Assembly (NCBI RefSeq): GCF_009914755.1
Contig: NC_060932.1
Strand: one strand, 5' to 3'
Source of the DNA: the human T2T-CHM13v2.0 reference genome, Homo sapiens
Length of the DNA stretch: 64,000 bases
Shown: piece after piece, positions 18,290 to 32,910 of the stretch
How positions within the stretch are numbered: the first letter of the stretch is position 1
Layout of the letters: each line of letters opens with the position of its first letter
Position numbers and translations under genes: made by a program
The notes under the pieces: model-generated
What the model was told of the DNA's origin: nothing
Database searches by the model: none
The model's input: the letters and a program-made list of their open reading frames with translations, nothing else

Positions 18290-19035
18290 AAAAAATCTAG
18301 TGCTAAAGAGTATATGAGAGTACAAAAAAAACTCATTATTTTTGAGAGTGTAAATAAGTACGACCTTTTCGAAGGGCAATTTGCTAATATCTACCTAAAA
18401 TTCATCATGACATTTGACACAATAGTTCTACTGTTTTAAATTTATCCTACCAATATAATTCAAAAAGTGCAATCACCTCTATATTCAAAGATATTCACTC
18501 TAACTTAGTTTATAGTAGCAAAACTTAGAGGCTGGGCACTGTGACTCATGTTTGTAATCCCAATACTTTAGGAGGCTGAGGCAGGAGAATTGTTTAAGGC
18601 CAGGAGATCAAGACTAGCCTGGGCAACACAGAGCAACCCTGTCTCTACAAAAAATAAAAAGTAAAAAATATTAGAGCCGGGTGTGGTGGTGCATGCCTGT
18701 AGTTCCAGCTACTTGAAGGCTGAGGGGGAGAATCATCTGAGCCCAGGAGTTTGAGGTTAACATGAGGTATGATTGTGCCACCGCACTCCAGCCAGGACAA
18801 CAGTGAGACCTTGTCTCTAGAAAAAAAAAAAGAAAAAAAGAAAAAAGAAAAAAAACCAGCAAAACTTACAGAATCCAATATACCCATTGCTAAAAGGCTG
18901 ACAATAAATTTTGGTATGGACACAGGAAGGAGTACTGTTCAGCTTCTAAAATAAAGGATACAATAAAAATATTTACAGAATATATTATTACATGACTAAG
19001 TTAAGGTACAGTGTATGTTATGATCCATTTTGTAT
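18290..19035 (+). mobile_element. Old L1ME-type 3' fragment interrupted by an Alu
   Basis: gagtgtaaat...gggcaatttg...tttatagtagcaaaa...tatgatccatttt. Confidence 0.6.
18530..18855 (+). mobile_element. AluJ-like
   Basis: Full dimer; TSD agcaaaactta. Confidence 0.93.
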
Positions 19036-19209
19036 AAAAATAGATTATAAATTGGAATGAACTTTCTTTTGAAAGCATATATAAAAAATTATTAATAGCA
19101 ATTTCCTTTGGGAAGAAGGACTCTAAGAAAGAAAGAACACGTTTCCTTTCTGCCTTATACATTTTCTGCACAGTTGGAAGTTTCTAGCCATGTTCCTATA
19201 TAGCACAAT

Positions 19210-19432
19210 GATGACAAGTGCGGCCTTTGACACCAGTTTGCCAGAGTTCAAATTATGGTACAAAAGCAGGTAAGTTAGTTACCTCTTTGTGCCTCAGTGT
19301 TTACAACTATAAAATGGGATAATAAAAGTACCTTATTCATAGGATTGTTAGAAAAAAAAAAAGAATAAATTCACCTAAAGCAGTTAAAATAGTGCCTGCC
19401 ACATTTTCAGTTTCTAAAATATTATCTATTAT
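19210..19432 (+). mobile_element. MIR SINE
   Basis: Core acctctttgtgcctcagt...taaaatgggataataa. Confidence 0.75.
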
Positions 19433-20023
19433 CACATGTTGTTTTTTGTTTCTCCTAAGTCAATAAAGTTATTTATTCAAAGTTAACAGATGTTATCTAC
19501 GCAGTAAAACTATGGGATATTTTTGTTTCTAAATACATTCTCTATTTTAATAAAAAGCCTAGTAAATGCTTATTTAAAAAAGAAAGAATAAATTAGCTTG
19601 AGTGTAGACGTAATAAAGAGCCTTTAGAGGCATCTGAGCAAAGGAAGTTTATAGCACAAAAGAACATGGATAGTACTTTCCTAGTCCTTTATAATTTACA
19701 AAACACTTTAAGGAATCACTTAATGGTTTATGTTTTGGGGAGTAGCCTGCTAATAGGACACAGGTACATTGGAAGGGAGATTGGTATCCAATGGACCAAA
19801 GGAAGGATTAGTATAACAATTCAGGTGTGAGATAATATGGGGTTTAACTCAGGTTGTAGAAAGCACAGAAGACCAAGATTGAGGTGACAAGGATCAGAAG
19901 ATTATCACCAGCTTTGAGTTGGAATTTGGCAGTTTGATTTTTGCCCGAAGTTACAGGAAAAGAAACAGCAAAACTTGAAGAAACTTTTTTTAAAAGGGGG
20001 GGAAATAATTATTTCCACCTTTA

Positions 20024-20543
<520 letters not shown>

Positions 20544-21461
20544 TTACAGATATCAATGCACATGCACACACATACACATATGCAAATAAGCCTATGAGTA
20601 TAAAAGTATGAGACTTTTCCAACACTTCCTATATCTTCTATCTCTATTTCAATTTGTCTGAAATGACAGAGTTGATGAATAGCCTGTTTTGTCTCTGACA
20701 TTTACCCAAATATCACTGTTCTCTGGCTCCCAGACGACAAGTAGACACCCACATTTTTAGTTTTGATGGAAAATTTCTCTGCTTTTGGGAGTAAATTATA
20801 AAAGTGTAAATTTCTGAATCATATTGGTGGTGATCTTACACACATATATGCATATGTACATACAAATATGTATGTATATGTACATATGAATATGTACATA
20901 CATATATGTATGTAAGATCTTACCTACATATATGACCCACATCATACCACCGTGAGTGGCTAGGAACGAGAACAAGCATTAAATTAGAAGTCAAAAGACT
21001 AGAGCTTTAGGTCTGGCTCTGCCACTGTATGATGCTGCCTATTTTCTAATCTCACTAGGCCTCAGTTTGCTTATCTGTAAGATACAGCTAGCAATGACTA
21101 TTTCATACAGTTTCTCTGAGGTACCTGACTCCTTCTCCCTTCACATCCTTCCATTTAATTCCTACCTGAAGTTTAATATTTTCTAATATTTATTTAAAGG
21201 ACTGTGTATCAGCAGACTGACTTGAGGCAAACATTATTCTCTTAGATATAGCTGGGGTAGATAAAAGATTATAGTAATGAGGAAATGTACCAAAATACAG
21301 TTTAGGAAAATCTTTCTCAGTATTATCCAATTAACAGTGATATTCTGGAAACATGTTTTTAACAGATTTCAGTAGCTAGTCTAATAAAATTATATGAAAA
21401 CCAAAGGAATTTCATGTTCAAATCAGATACTAGTAAATTTATATTCATACAAATCCATAAT

Positions 21462-21749
21462 TTTTTTATATTATACATTAAGTTCTGGGATACATGTGCA
21501 GAACGTGCAGGTTTGTTACATAGGTATACACGTACCATGGTGGTTTGCTGCACCCATAAACCCATCATCTATGTTAGGTATTTCTCCTAATGCTATCCCT
21601 CCCCTAGCCCCCCACTCACCAACAGGCCCCGGTGTGTGATGTTCCCCTCCCTGTGTCCATGTGTTCTCATTGTTCAACTCCCACTTATGCATGAGAACAT
21701 GCAGTGTTTGGTTTTCTGTTCCTGTGTTAGTTTGCTGAGAATGATGGTT
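21462..21749 (-). mobile_element. Short 3' end of a mid-age L1PA
   Basis: aagttctgggatacatgtgcagaacgtgcagg...tttgctgagaatgatgg; imperfect TSD aaa(t/a)cca(t/c)a. Confidence 0.92.
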
Positions 21750-22714
21750 TAAAACCACATTTTTATCAGCTCTTATCCTAAGTCGGTGTAGAATTCCACC
21801 TTCCCTAGCCCTACTCATGTTTTGAGTCTGATGTAAGGGCAGCCCATTTCACAGCCACACACTGGGGAAATATTAGAAGAAATGAAAGGATTGGGAAAAA
21901 CAAATTTAGGATTTCATAATCTAGTTAAACAGCCATTATACCTTGGCTTTCTCGAGTTCTTTCTAGTTTGGGGAGTGGGAGGCAACTGTAAAAGGAAAAG
22001 AGTATAATTTGTTCCTGATCATGAGAAATGATTCCTTCTCTCCCTCCCTTCCTTTTTTAATCCATGACAAATTTATCACTTTTTTTCCTTACAGGAAAGA
22101 GAATTATGGGTATGGACAATTATGAAAATATGCTCCGGATATAGATAGACCTTCTTTTCAAGTAAATGAAATTTTAAAACATATTTGTTAAATTGAATAC
22201 TTATTAATAGTTATTAAATATAATTAATTGTTAAATATTTGACATTAGATATTTTAAATTAATATTGGGGCTTTTAATGCATTAAATTTAAATAATTGAC
22301 TTCCATATTAATGGAGGAAAACCCCAGTAAGCACAGGGAAGATGTTGTAGGGAGAATGTTGTATTCCAAAACTTCTTTTTTAAAAATGTTTATAATATTT
22401 ATTAAACTCTTACTATGAGCTTAATAGTATGAGACTTTTCTAAGTGCTTCATAGCACACATTAATTTCATCTTCACATTAGCTTTATGAGGTAGGTTCTA
22501 TAATCCCTATTTAACTAACAAGCAAAGTAAGATGTAAGTCACACGGGCACAAAGTGATAGAGTCAGGGTCTTGCCAAAAAGAGCACTGGAGAGAATATTA
22601 TTGACTGGGACTAGAGAAAACCAAGTCGTTTGGGAGAATAGAACATCCAAATCTTTGCTCATGGAGAAACCTTGGACTATCTCCCTGTGATGACAATAAA
22701 ACCCTGGTTAAACA

Positions 22715-22948
22715 ATGTGTTTCTCATTGACTTTAATCTCAACCTTGCCACAATTGACGTTTGCAACCAGATAATTCTTTGCTATGTGGGTTGTCCTGTG
22801 CATGGTAGGAGGTTCACCAGCATTCGCCACCACCACCTATTAGATGCCAATAGCAATACCTCTCCGCAAGTTATGACAGCCAAACATGCCTCCAAACATT
22901 TCCAGATGTCTCCGAGAGGACAAAATCAGCTCTTTTAAGAAAAAACTA
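22715..22948 (+). mobile_element. MER20 hAT MITE
   Basis: ccagataattctttg...gtcctgtgcat...gatgccaatagca...gacaaaatc. Confidence 0.85.
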
Positions 22949-23881
22949 CTTGAATCTAACCAAAACATTTATTTTGCTTTAGTATCTGTGCCTTCAACCC
23001 TCATTAGGTTGATATAGAAAACACTGAAACATATATGTGAAATACTACATATTTTTATGTACATTTCATAGACACTTCTAACTTTTCAGAGTATTTAAAT
23101 GAGTAACTTATTGTGAAATACACCAGAAAGTATGTTATATGCCATTTTGCAAATGGGGACATTGAAACACAAATAATTTAAAGACAGCATCAAGTTTGGT
23201 AGAAAGAACTGAGACCAGAATTTGAACTTTACACCTGAAAACTCGATAGCCGACTTTGGGCATATGTTAAATGTTCTCAATCTCAGTTTTCCTCAACTAT
23301 CAACTGAGAGTAACAATCTTAGTTCTGCCCCCTCACAAGGCCCTGAGATGGGTTCAATCAAAAGATCCATGTAAAGGTACAAAGTGTTACTAGTTTTATT
23401 ACTGTTGGTTTGCCTGTGGTCGTCCAGAAAAGTAAGGGTTGAGCTGACATTGAAATACCACAACTATTGTAATAATATTCTCTTTCCTTAGACAAAGTGT
23501 GACAAATATGTGGGCCCCACTCTTCTTACTGTGCAGATATCGCCAATTAATCACAGATTTTCTTTCTGGTGTGACCTCAGAAGTTCTCAGCAGCACAATC
23601 CAGATAGCTACAAACCAAAGTTCAGATATTGAGCTTGGGACCAAATCTATTGGCTATCCCTATATTAAAAATGCCATCGCTTTACTCTGACTCCTTTAGC
23701 GACCAACTGCTTTATACGATATTTTTAATGTAATAGATTAATATATTGGTGTTTTTCAGGCACCATTAACAGGTAAGTCAAAGTATAGTTGGCCGATCCA
23801 ACAATTATCTCAGGCCTTCCAAGTTTATAGCCTGTGATGAGTAGAAAATCTTAAGCCTCATTTGGGAGGCAGCCATTAGCA

Positions 23882-24051
23882 CAATAGGTTCTCAAACTTT
23901 AGCGGGCATCTGACACGCCTGTACAAACACAGATTTCTAGGGACTCCCTCAGAATTTCTGATCAGTGCGTCTTTTGTGGAGCTCAAGAATTTGCATTTCT
24001 AATACATTTCCAAGTAATTCTGCTAGTCCAGCATTGCCCTGAGAACGACTG
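23882..24051. mobile_element. MER5A hAT MITE
   Basis: ggttctcaaactttagc...gaatttgcatttctaa...tgagaacgactg. Confidence 0.85.
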
Positions 24052-24059
24052 AAAGACTC

Positions 24060-24330
24060 CTGGTCTTAGAGTAAGAAGATCTCAGTTTGAGGAATCCTTC
24101 TATTTTTTTTATAATATCTGTAATCTTGGGAAAAAATCCTAAGCCTCCAGGTTTGAGTTTAGTTCTTTGTAAAGTGGTTAATGAAGACTGATCTGTTTAC
24201 CTCATAATGTCATTTTGAAGATGTTTTTTCCAGAGGATAGAGTTCAGGAGGAGAAATAGAATAAATTATGAAAAGGGTATGGAAAAGGCTTACAAACAGT
24301 AAGTGTTCTAGATAAGAAAATGCATATTAG
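24060..24330 (+). mobile_element. Degenerate MIR carrying a 30-bp insert
   Basis: gaagatctcagtttga...tcttggg...tgtaaagtgg...tacctcata. Confidence 0.55.
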
Positions 24331-24359
24331 TGCTTTTTTGTTAGGGAAGATGCCTGTTT

Positions 24360-24550
24360 ATCATTTTTTAATGTATACATAATAGTTGTACATAATTATA
24401 GGGTATATGTGATATTTTGGTGCATGCAAACAATGTATAATGATCAAATTAAGGTAATTAGGATATTTATCACCTCAAACATTTCAAGTCTTCTCTTCTA
24501 GCTCTTTTGAAATACAAAGTATATTGCTGTTAACTGCAGCCACCCTATAG
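24360..24550 (-). mobile_element. L1MA 3' end fragment
   Basis: tgtacataattatagggtatatgtgatattttg...aatgatcaaatt. Confidence 0.8.
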
Positions 24551-26899
24551 GTGCCTTTTTAGCTTGAAGTTCAACCAGCTGTTTATGGAACCACCTTCTT
24601 CTCAGGCCTCTGAAGGGCTTGCTCTCCTCTTTGCAGCGATGGGCAGACGGCAGCAGGAAGCTGCGTGAAACATGCCCGGCCTCTACGCAACTCTACCACA
24701 GCTTGCTGAGGCTTACCCACAGTCTACATGAAGTAAATGTTTTCAGAATATTCTACGTGTTTAGCCTAAGGCATTGTTCCCCTTTGCTGGTCTACAGGGA
24801 CTAAAGAAACACTGTCAATCAGAGATGATCTAGGGTGGAACCATTAGCCATTGGCAGTTTTGCTTGTGACTCATGACAACAGCTTGCCAGGGGGAAGGGG
24901 AAGGAAATCATCTGGAAAACACCCTTAATAAAACTAAAAGAAACATTCTGGGAAAGAGGGGAGAAAAGTGAAAATAAAGGCAAAACAAAGGCAAGGTCTC
25001 CTTAGGATCCCAGTAAGTCCCGACTCAACATTTTCACTGATAGTGGAAAGAACCTAGAGCTTGAAGTTCTAATTCCTGTCTCTGCCACTTATTGACTGAA
25101 TGCCACTGGAGATGTTTCTTCCCAATTCTCATAATTTAAAAGCCCCACAGAGGCAGAGAACATCTCTGTCTTTTTCAGAGTTGTATTCTCGGTGACACAC
25201 ATAGATTAACTGCTCAATAAATATTTATTTAATGAACAGATGAGTAACTTAGCAAACCTCTCTTCGCTTCAATCTTCTAATTTGTTAAGTAGCCTTATGA
25301 ATACGTAGATCCTAGGGCCATTATAAATAGTCGATGGGCTAACGAACACTACACAGAACACAGGAGGTCCTCAATAAATAGAGGCTGCAATGAATGGAAA
25401 TGAATATACCAGTGAAGATATTTTTGTTCACAATCAAATGGCTTATTCATTTCATGTACAGGCATTACCTTATTTTAAGTCTTTTTAGTAGCATGTTTTG
25501 ATTATCTTTTAATAGTCCTAGAGGGAAAAGAATTAACCTAAGGAAAATGTATCACTGTTTTAGCTTTAAGCTCAAGTCATAACTAATTGCTTCTAATATG
25601 ATAAACAGAAACTAGCTTATTCCCTAGACAACCATACCTTAATTCTAAATTTAAGATAACTCTGTTAATTTTTGTCAATTACATAATTTCTGGAACTTCA
25701 TTTTTTTGCAGAGGATAGGGTTCAGGAGGAGGACTTGAAAAAAGATCGTCTCAGGGTTGTGAAAGAAGATACAATCAGCAAGCCTCTGAGAAATCACAGC
25801 TGATGACTAAGTCCACAGTCTGCTCATAAAATGTAGAGTTATAGCTCTTGCTCTCACCACTGTCTCTGATGAGTCTGAAGAATTGTGAATCACTAAAAGT
25901 CTCTACTTCTTTAAATGTCTAGAAAGACTGTTCAAATCACCTGGAAAGCTTGCACTTTTTTTTTTTAATCTAGAAGACAATAAAAAGTTGCAACATCCTC
26001 TCTCAGATCAGACCCATCTGTTCCTTTACTCATTCATTCAACTCTTATATATTAATTCACTGACTTTTAGGTACCGGGAATAATTTCTGAGAGTTACATG
26101 TCCTTCTGCATCTCTTGCAATGCAGATCAACCACCAGGAAAGTCTATGCCTGGAAGTTCTGGGGACCCTGGGGTAGTATCTCAGATATCCTCATGTACAA
26201 GTTCAACAAGATAGCCTGTGATATTGGACATGTTTCCTCTTTTACTCTGGTTCCTCTCTAATGGATCTGCTGCCCTTGTCTCCAGAGATGAATATCATCA
26301 TCTTCCCCTGAAGTCCCCAAGGTACCAAAGCAGGCATTGTTCCAACTTACAGTTACTTCTTTATTTCTATTTGGATGCCAAAGCATGGCCCAGTGACTTT
26401 CAAAGTTTTCTGTAGAGTCGTTTTTTACAATTATTCCCCCTAGCACTCTTCTCCAAAAACACTGACATGACTCTATATTTACTGGGGTGGGGCAGCCAGA
26501 AGGGTTGACATTCAAAGCTTTTCCTTTCTAAAGCCTAATTTCTCTGATTCTCTTTTCTTGAGGTGACTTCTCTTCCAGGAGACTCCACTATGGACAAATC
26601 TGAAGCTCATGCTAAAACACATGTTTCATTTCAAATTATACCTGCTACCTCAGACTTTAGTCCCAGCTTTGATCTTCTCAATGTTTGTGGGCCCAACTTC
26701 TATCTAACCATATCTACTTCTATTGCCCACTGATTCAGGCTTGACCGCCTTTTAATGTTTAATTTTCTCAGCCTGGATGATCATAGGACCTTGGTCATAA
26801 TCCCTGTACGTGGAATAGATTTTGTTGTGGTGCCAAATTAAGCTAAAGCCTGCCTTAAAATCAGCTAAACTTTTTTAAGGTCTATTGTATCAAACACTG

Positions 26900-27152
26900 T
26901 GCTAATAGTAAGAAGAAACATAGTGTGCTTACTAATGCAATGTCCTATGTACCTTGCATTAATTAACTCAGTTTTCTTTATATCAACTCTATGAGGTTGA
27001 CACTATTATCATTCCTATTTTGCAGATGAGAAAACTGAGGTGCAAGGAGGTCAAGTAACCTACCATACAATTAGCAAGCGGCATCCTTAGGATCTGAGCC
27101 AGACTGTCTTGCTCCGGAGTTCCCATTCTTCACTATACCTCTATTCTGCCAC
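26900..27152 (-). mobile_element. MIR SINE
   Basis: Core cctattttgcagatgagaaaactgagg. Confidence 0.85.
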
Positions 27153-27401
27153 TTAAAGGGCAAAGCACTTTATAAGGGCTATCTCAATGAATCACCATAG
27201 CTGCTCTAGATGATTATTCTTTGTATTCCCATTTTATCCTAGAAAAACAAAGGTTTAGAAAAGTTAAGTTCCATGATGATTATTTAGCATAGAAATCAGA
27301 CTGTAATTCAATTAAGACTGATACTAAAGCCTTTAATCACTGCTCTGTTCTATATCACTCATGAATATTTGCCTCCTTAGCCCTTTCAGTGACACTTCAA
27401 A

Positions 27402-28100
<699 letters not shown>

Positions 28101-28424
28101 CACAAAGACAACAGTATAGTAAACACATCTCTGTTCTTATATAATTAGCCTACAGTTGTGAAAATAGTTTAATTTGGTGTTGATTTGTCCATGACACAGG
28201 GCACACATGGCTGGTTTCTTAAGAAACTCCTGTGGAGGGTGAAGACATATTTGATCCATTAATGAACTTCATTAATGAAGGTCACCTAAAATGGAAAGGT
28301 TTCTCTGCATCTCTGAGTCTTAAACAGCTGGGAACACTTAAGTGTTTTCAACAACAACAAAAAAACAAAATTAAAATGCTGTCTCAAAGTAGACCTGTTG
28401 ATATTGCAGGAAATACTGGGCAAC

Positions 28425-28482
28425 GCACCCACACAAACACGCGTGCGCACACGCACACATACACACAAACACACACACACAC
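28425..28482. repeat. Imperfect (CA)n/(CG) alternating purine-pyrimidine tract
   Basis: cacacaaacacgcgtgcgcacacgcacacatacacac... Confidence 0.9.
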
Positions 28483-29094
28483 AGAGACACCCTTTATGTT
28501 AAATGCCAAATTAAATTCAGTTTTAATGTGTTTTACATCAGCTGTAGAAAAGGGGAAATGGGCTTTAAAAAATCAGAGGCAGTTCTGTATGTAAGTGAAC
28601 TCAATGTGTTAGTACCATTATCAGGAAAAATGATAGCATTTAGAGATTAATGTGTAATCTTAGGTTTTGATTCAAAATTGAGTTGCATGTTCTGGCATGT
28701 TCTGGCTTCTTTGAGAAAGAGCAAATGATCTGGAAGGGGATCAGGTGGAGAATAGTCATAGGAAGTCTTTTTTCTTCTTTTTACTTTGGAAGAGAAGGAG
28801 CTTACGTCCTATGGAGATGAACTTCTGTAACCACAGGAGGGCTTGAGGCTCCAGAGTAAAGAAAGTTGTGAGACAACTTTATTTCTAGGACTACAAAGTT
28901 TTGTAAACAGTCTGGGAAGACTGAAAACACTGTAGTTAAAAGAGTTAACCTTTTATTTTGCCTAAACTGTAAGAAATTGATGGAAAGTGTTGAAATTCAA
29001 ACCCAATAACATTCTGTTTTCAAAACTGAAAACATTATTTAACTATATTTGATTCATTTCTGTATATTAAATAGTCATGATGATTTTAATAATA

Positions 29095-29340
29095 GTAATA
29101 AACTGATATTTACCTGTATTTTCTATAGTGATCTGTTTACATAAGTTATTTTATCTGGTCCTCTTGATGTCAACAACCGCATGAGGTGGGAACAATTATC
29201 CTCATTTTTATTGATAAGGCAAGTTAGACATGAAGAGGTTAAAGAATTTGCCCAAAGTGACACATCTCTTAAACGACAGAGCCAGGATCGGAGCCTGGGT
29301 GTCTATAATCCCTAAGCCTGAGCTCTTAATCCCTAGCACC
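29095..29340 (-). mobile_element. MIR SINE
   Basis: gaggttaaagaatttgcccaaagtgacaca...gagccaggat. Confidence 0.8.
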
Positions 29341-30009
29341 GATTTTGCCTTCTGTAAAGTAATCTCTGGGTAATCAAATCCTAATAATATTACACTCTAG
29401 CAATTAACTATCCAGCCTGCTTATATTATCGATGAGAAACCTGAGACCCAGAGATGTTAAATGAATTCCTCAAGGTTATACAAGCAGAGATAAAAACCAG
29501 GTTTCAAATTCCCCATCCAATGTGTCTTTGGATACATATATTGTTTTTTGAAAAAATAAAAACAACTAGCATTTCTTTGTTTTAAATCTAATTCAATTCC
29601 CAAAATTCTGTGTAGCCAGTGGTTTCTTTTTAAATTTCAATTTCATATATAAGGAAATGGAGATCCAGAGATGTTAAGTAACTTGTTAATAATCTCAGGG
29701 TAGTGACTTGTCAGCTCTAATAAGGATTTGGTACTTAATCATTTCATTTTTGTTTTGGGGGAAAAATAATCAGAGTTAAATACACAGTAGAATTATCCCT
29801 GCCCCTTCTTCAGTTAACTTTAGCCAGACGTTGTTGTCTCAAGGCTGCAATGCTAGCCACCAAATGACTTTAGCTCCTTGACCCAATTTATTCATCTTTC
29901 AATGCCTTCTGACAGGTTTCCACTTTACCCTAAGCCAGGTCACCTCTCATTTTCAGTCCCTGACAGCCTCTGAAGGCATTTGAGCTTGTGAGTTTATACT
30001 GGCCAAGTA

Positions 30010-30121
30010 CTTAGGAAGTACAGTGCCCAGGCCTGAAAGGGAAAGGGGTTCTTAGGACATAGAACTTTCAGTGCTAAAACCAGGAAAGAACAGGGCAAAC
30101 TGCGATAAGTTGGTAACCCCA
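30010..30121. mobile_element. MER81-like hAT-Blackjack MITE
   Basis: actttcagtgctaaaaccagga...ggcaaact...agttggtaaccc. Confidence 0.65.
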
Positions 30122-30929
30122 TTAGGTACCCATGGAATATATACTAGATGGGGAAAGGAGTATGAGGACCTAGCTTTAAAAAAAATTCAGTATTTATTTC
30201 AATATTTCTTTTCTACTCTGTGCCAGACAACTGCTAACCACAAATGATGTGAATAAGGCAGAGAATATGTCTTCAGTGACCTGGCATCTAGTAGAGGGAG
30301 ATAGAATTAACTTACAAATAACTGTCACCTTAGGCAAAATGAAGAAAGTATTATAGCACTGAAAGCTTAAACTAATGCCTGTGTGTGCTTATTCATAATG
30401 GGGTGATATGACCTCCACCTGGGAGTCACTTTATATAATTGAAGTCTCCAGGAATCTGAACTTTCCACTTAAAAAAATGACAAGGTCAACACAATGAAGG
30501 ATATACTGCTAATGTAAGATGCAATTTCTCTAGCTGTTTGTAGGGGAATGTGGCTTTTCACAGGAAATCCAAAGCTTTAATAGGAAAGTCATTCTTATGG
30601 GGAAATTAATAATTATGAAGTGATTTTGCAACCACAGTCACTTTCATATGTGTGCAATTGCTTTAATTGATTTTACTTAGGTACTAGCACTTTGTTGACA
30701 TGAGCTAGTTTTCAAGGTGAACCTGTGGAATAAATGGGTCTATGAAAGCCCTCAATGACATTAGCTATGGAAGACAAGTAGCCTCAACAACTATGCTATT
30801 TAAAACAACCTTATTACCATTTTCCAAGCTGCCATTAAAGCTTTAAATCATTGCTGGTAAAGCTTTGGACAACAAGTCAAGTAGAGATTTGACATATCGA
30901 TCTGTATAATGAGCCATATATCTATCTAA

Positions 30930-31295
30930 AAATTCAATAAACCTTTATTAGTCATTGCTTTGTGCTGGGTGCTAGATATACAAATACCAGTAAGACAAAA
31001 TTTCTGCCCTCAAGAAATGTATAATCTAGTTGGGAAGAGAGAGTAAAAGCAAAGTGCTGCAGAATATTGAGACTCACACTTTGATAGGGAGGGAAGAATT
31101 AATTCAACATTGGGGTTTCAGAGGAAAGAAGAAAGTAGAAGACTTCGTAGGGAGAGTGACGCTTGAACAGGGAATTGATGGTTCAATAGGAAAGGCCAGA
31201 TTTTCAATGTTAACTGATAGAGATGAGGTGAGCAGAGAGCTAAAGGTGCAAAAGATGGAATAAGTTTGGAAAATGGCAAGTAAATCTGTGTGTCT
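30930..31295. mobile_element. L2 LINE fragment
   Basis: attcaataaacctttatt...tgtgctgggtgctagatataca...ctgccctcaaga. Confidence 0.6.
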
Positions 31296-31303
31296 AGACC
31301 ATG

Positions 31304-31776
31304 TGTGGTAGGCTGAATAATGAGCTCTGTCCTCCAAAGATGTCTACATCCTAATCTGTGGAACTTGCTAATACTTTGCATGACAAAAGGAACTGGGTAG
31401 ACATGCTTACAAATCTTGAGATCAGACTATTACCTTGGGTTATCTGGGTGGACCCAATGTAATAACAAGGGTTCTTATAAAAGGAAGGCTGGAGCATCAA
31501 AGTGAGTAGTAGGAGATGTGATAATAGAAGCAACAGGTTGGAATATTGTGAGGAGGGGTCTGTGAGCCAAGGAGTGTAAGAAGCTTTGAGAAGCTGATAT
31601 AGGCAAGGGAATGGATTTGACCCTGAAGACTCCAGGAGGAACACAACCCTGCCAACACCTTGATTTTAGACTTCTGAATTTCAGAACTGCAAATCAGTAA
31701 ATTTGTGTTGTCTTAAGCCACTAATTTTGTGGTAAATTTGTGGCAATTTATTACAGCAGCAATAGGAAATTAATAC
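31304..31776 (+). mobile_element. MLT1 MaLR LTR
   Basis: tgtggtaggctgaataatg...gccaacaccttgattttag...aggaaattaatac. Confidence 0.9.
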
Positions 31777-32679
31777 CCCATCCTATGCAACAAAGTGTCT
31801 GATCCTTGAGTACCTGATGAGTTTTCCTAGGGAATTTCAATGTTATTAGTAACATAGAGTCACAAAAGGGCTTCAAAAAATGGGTAATAAAACACAGAAG
31901 AGTCAACATTTCCAAAAATAGAGACCATTCAGTCCTGACCCTGAGGACCATCAGACAAAGTCTTTCATTGCTATACCTCCACAGGTTCTTCAAGGACTTA
32001 GAAGACATCAATGTTAACTTGAACAATGACCGTTTATGAAATGTTTTTCAATAATTGATGTATATTACATAGCCAAGATCAATCTCAGTGATGAGAAATA
32101 CTAAACATAAATGTATACCCTTGCCTCAGATAGGGATAAGCAGTAGATCCTTGACTTCACATCAGTTTATTGAATAAGTAAATGTGAATTATAGAAAATG
32201 CTGAGGGATAGGAGATTATTATGCTGCACCTCACACTGATAATCTGGCTAAGCCCAGGAAGGCTGGCAAGCCCCTCAGTGCTGCTTTCTTTGACATGATT
32301 GTAACAAGAGGAATGTAGGGTGATAATAAGAAAATAGGACTGGGACTCTAGAAAATTGGATCCTTGTACTCATTCAGTACATGGCCAGCCATATTGATCT
32401 TAGCAAGTTAACTCATCTGTAAAATATAGATGCCAAGTTAGATGACCTTTGAGTTTCCATTTAGCCTGTATCCAACCAGTTCTCCTGTTGGAAATGCACA
32501 GGAGGATCTCTCTGTTATTGGCTGTCGTTAATGATGCCTACTACCAACTTCCCTATCAGGATCCAGCTGTTCTGGCCTTGATTTTCTGATATCTCACAAC
32601 CTAGCTCTTTGTTTCCTTACTCATATCTCTTTCCAGCTTCCCTTACTTTCTTAGGAGGGAGTATCATCTTAAACAGCCT

Positions 32680-32910
32680 GTGTTTTTGAGTCAACATTAG
32701 CTAGGTTTGAATCAGGAGCTACCAATTAGCAGCTGTACAACTTTAGCAGGGTACTTAGCCTCTCTTTCCTTCAGTTTCTTCACTGATAAAATATAGATAA
32801 CAAAGTACTTGTCTCATGGAGCTATTGTAAAGATTGATAGTGATAATACCTGTAAATTACCAAGCATCATGCCACTTACAGAATAATTACTCAATAAATG
32901 TTAGCTCCTC
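32680..32910 (+). mobile_element. MIR SINE
   Basis: ttcagtttcttca...ctcaataaatgttagct. Confidence 0.75.

Noticed and set aside
26060-26810. Possible processed pseudogene or coding exon on the minus strand
   Set aside because: No recognisable protein family, poly(A) or TSD; may be an unrecognised ancient repeat
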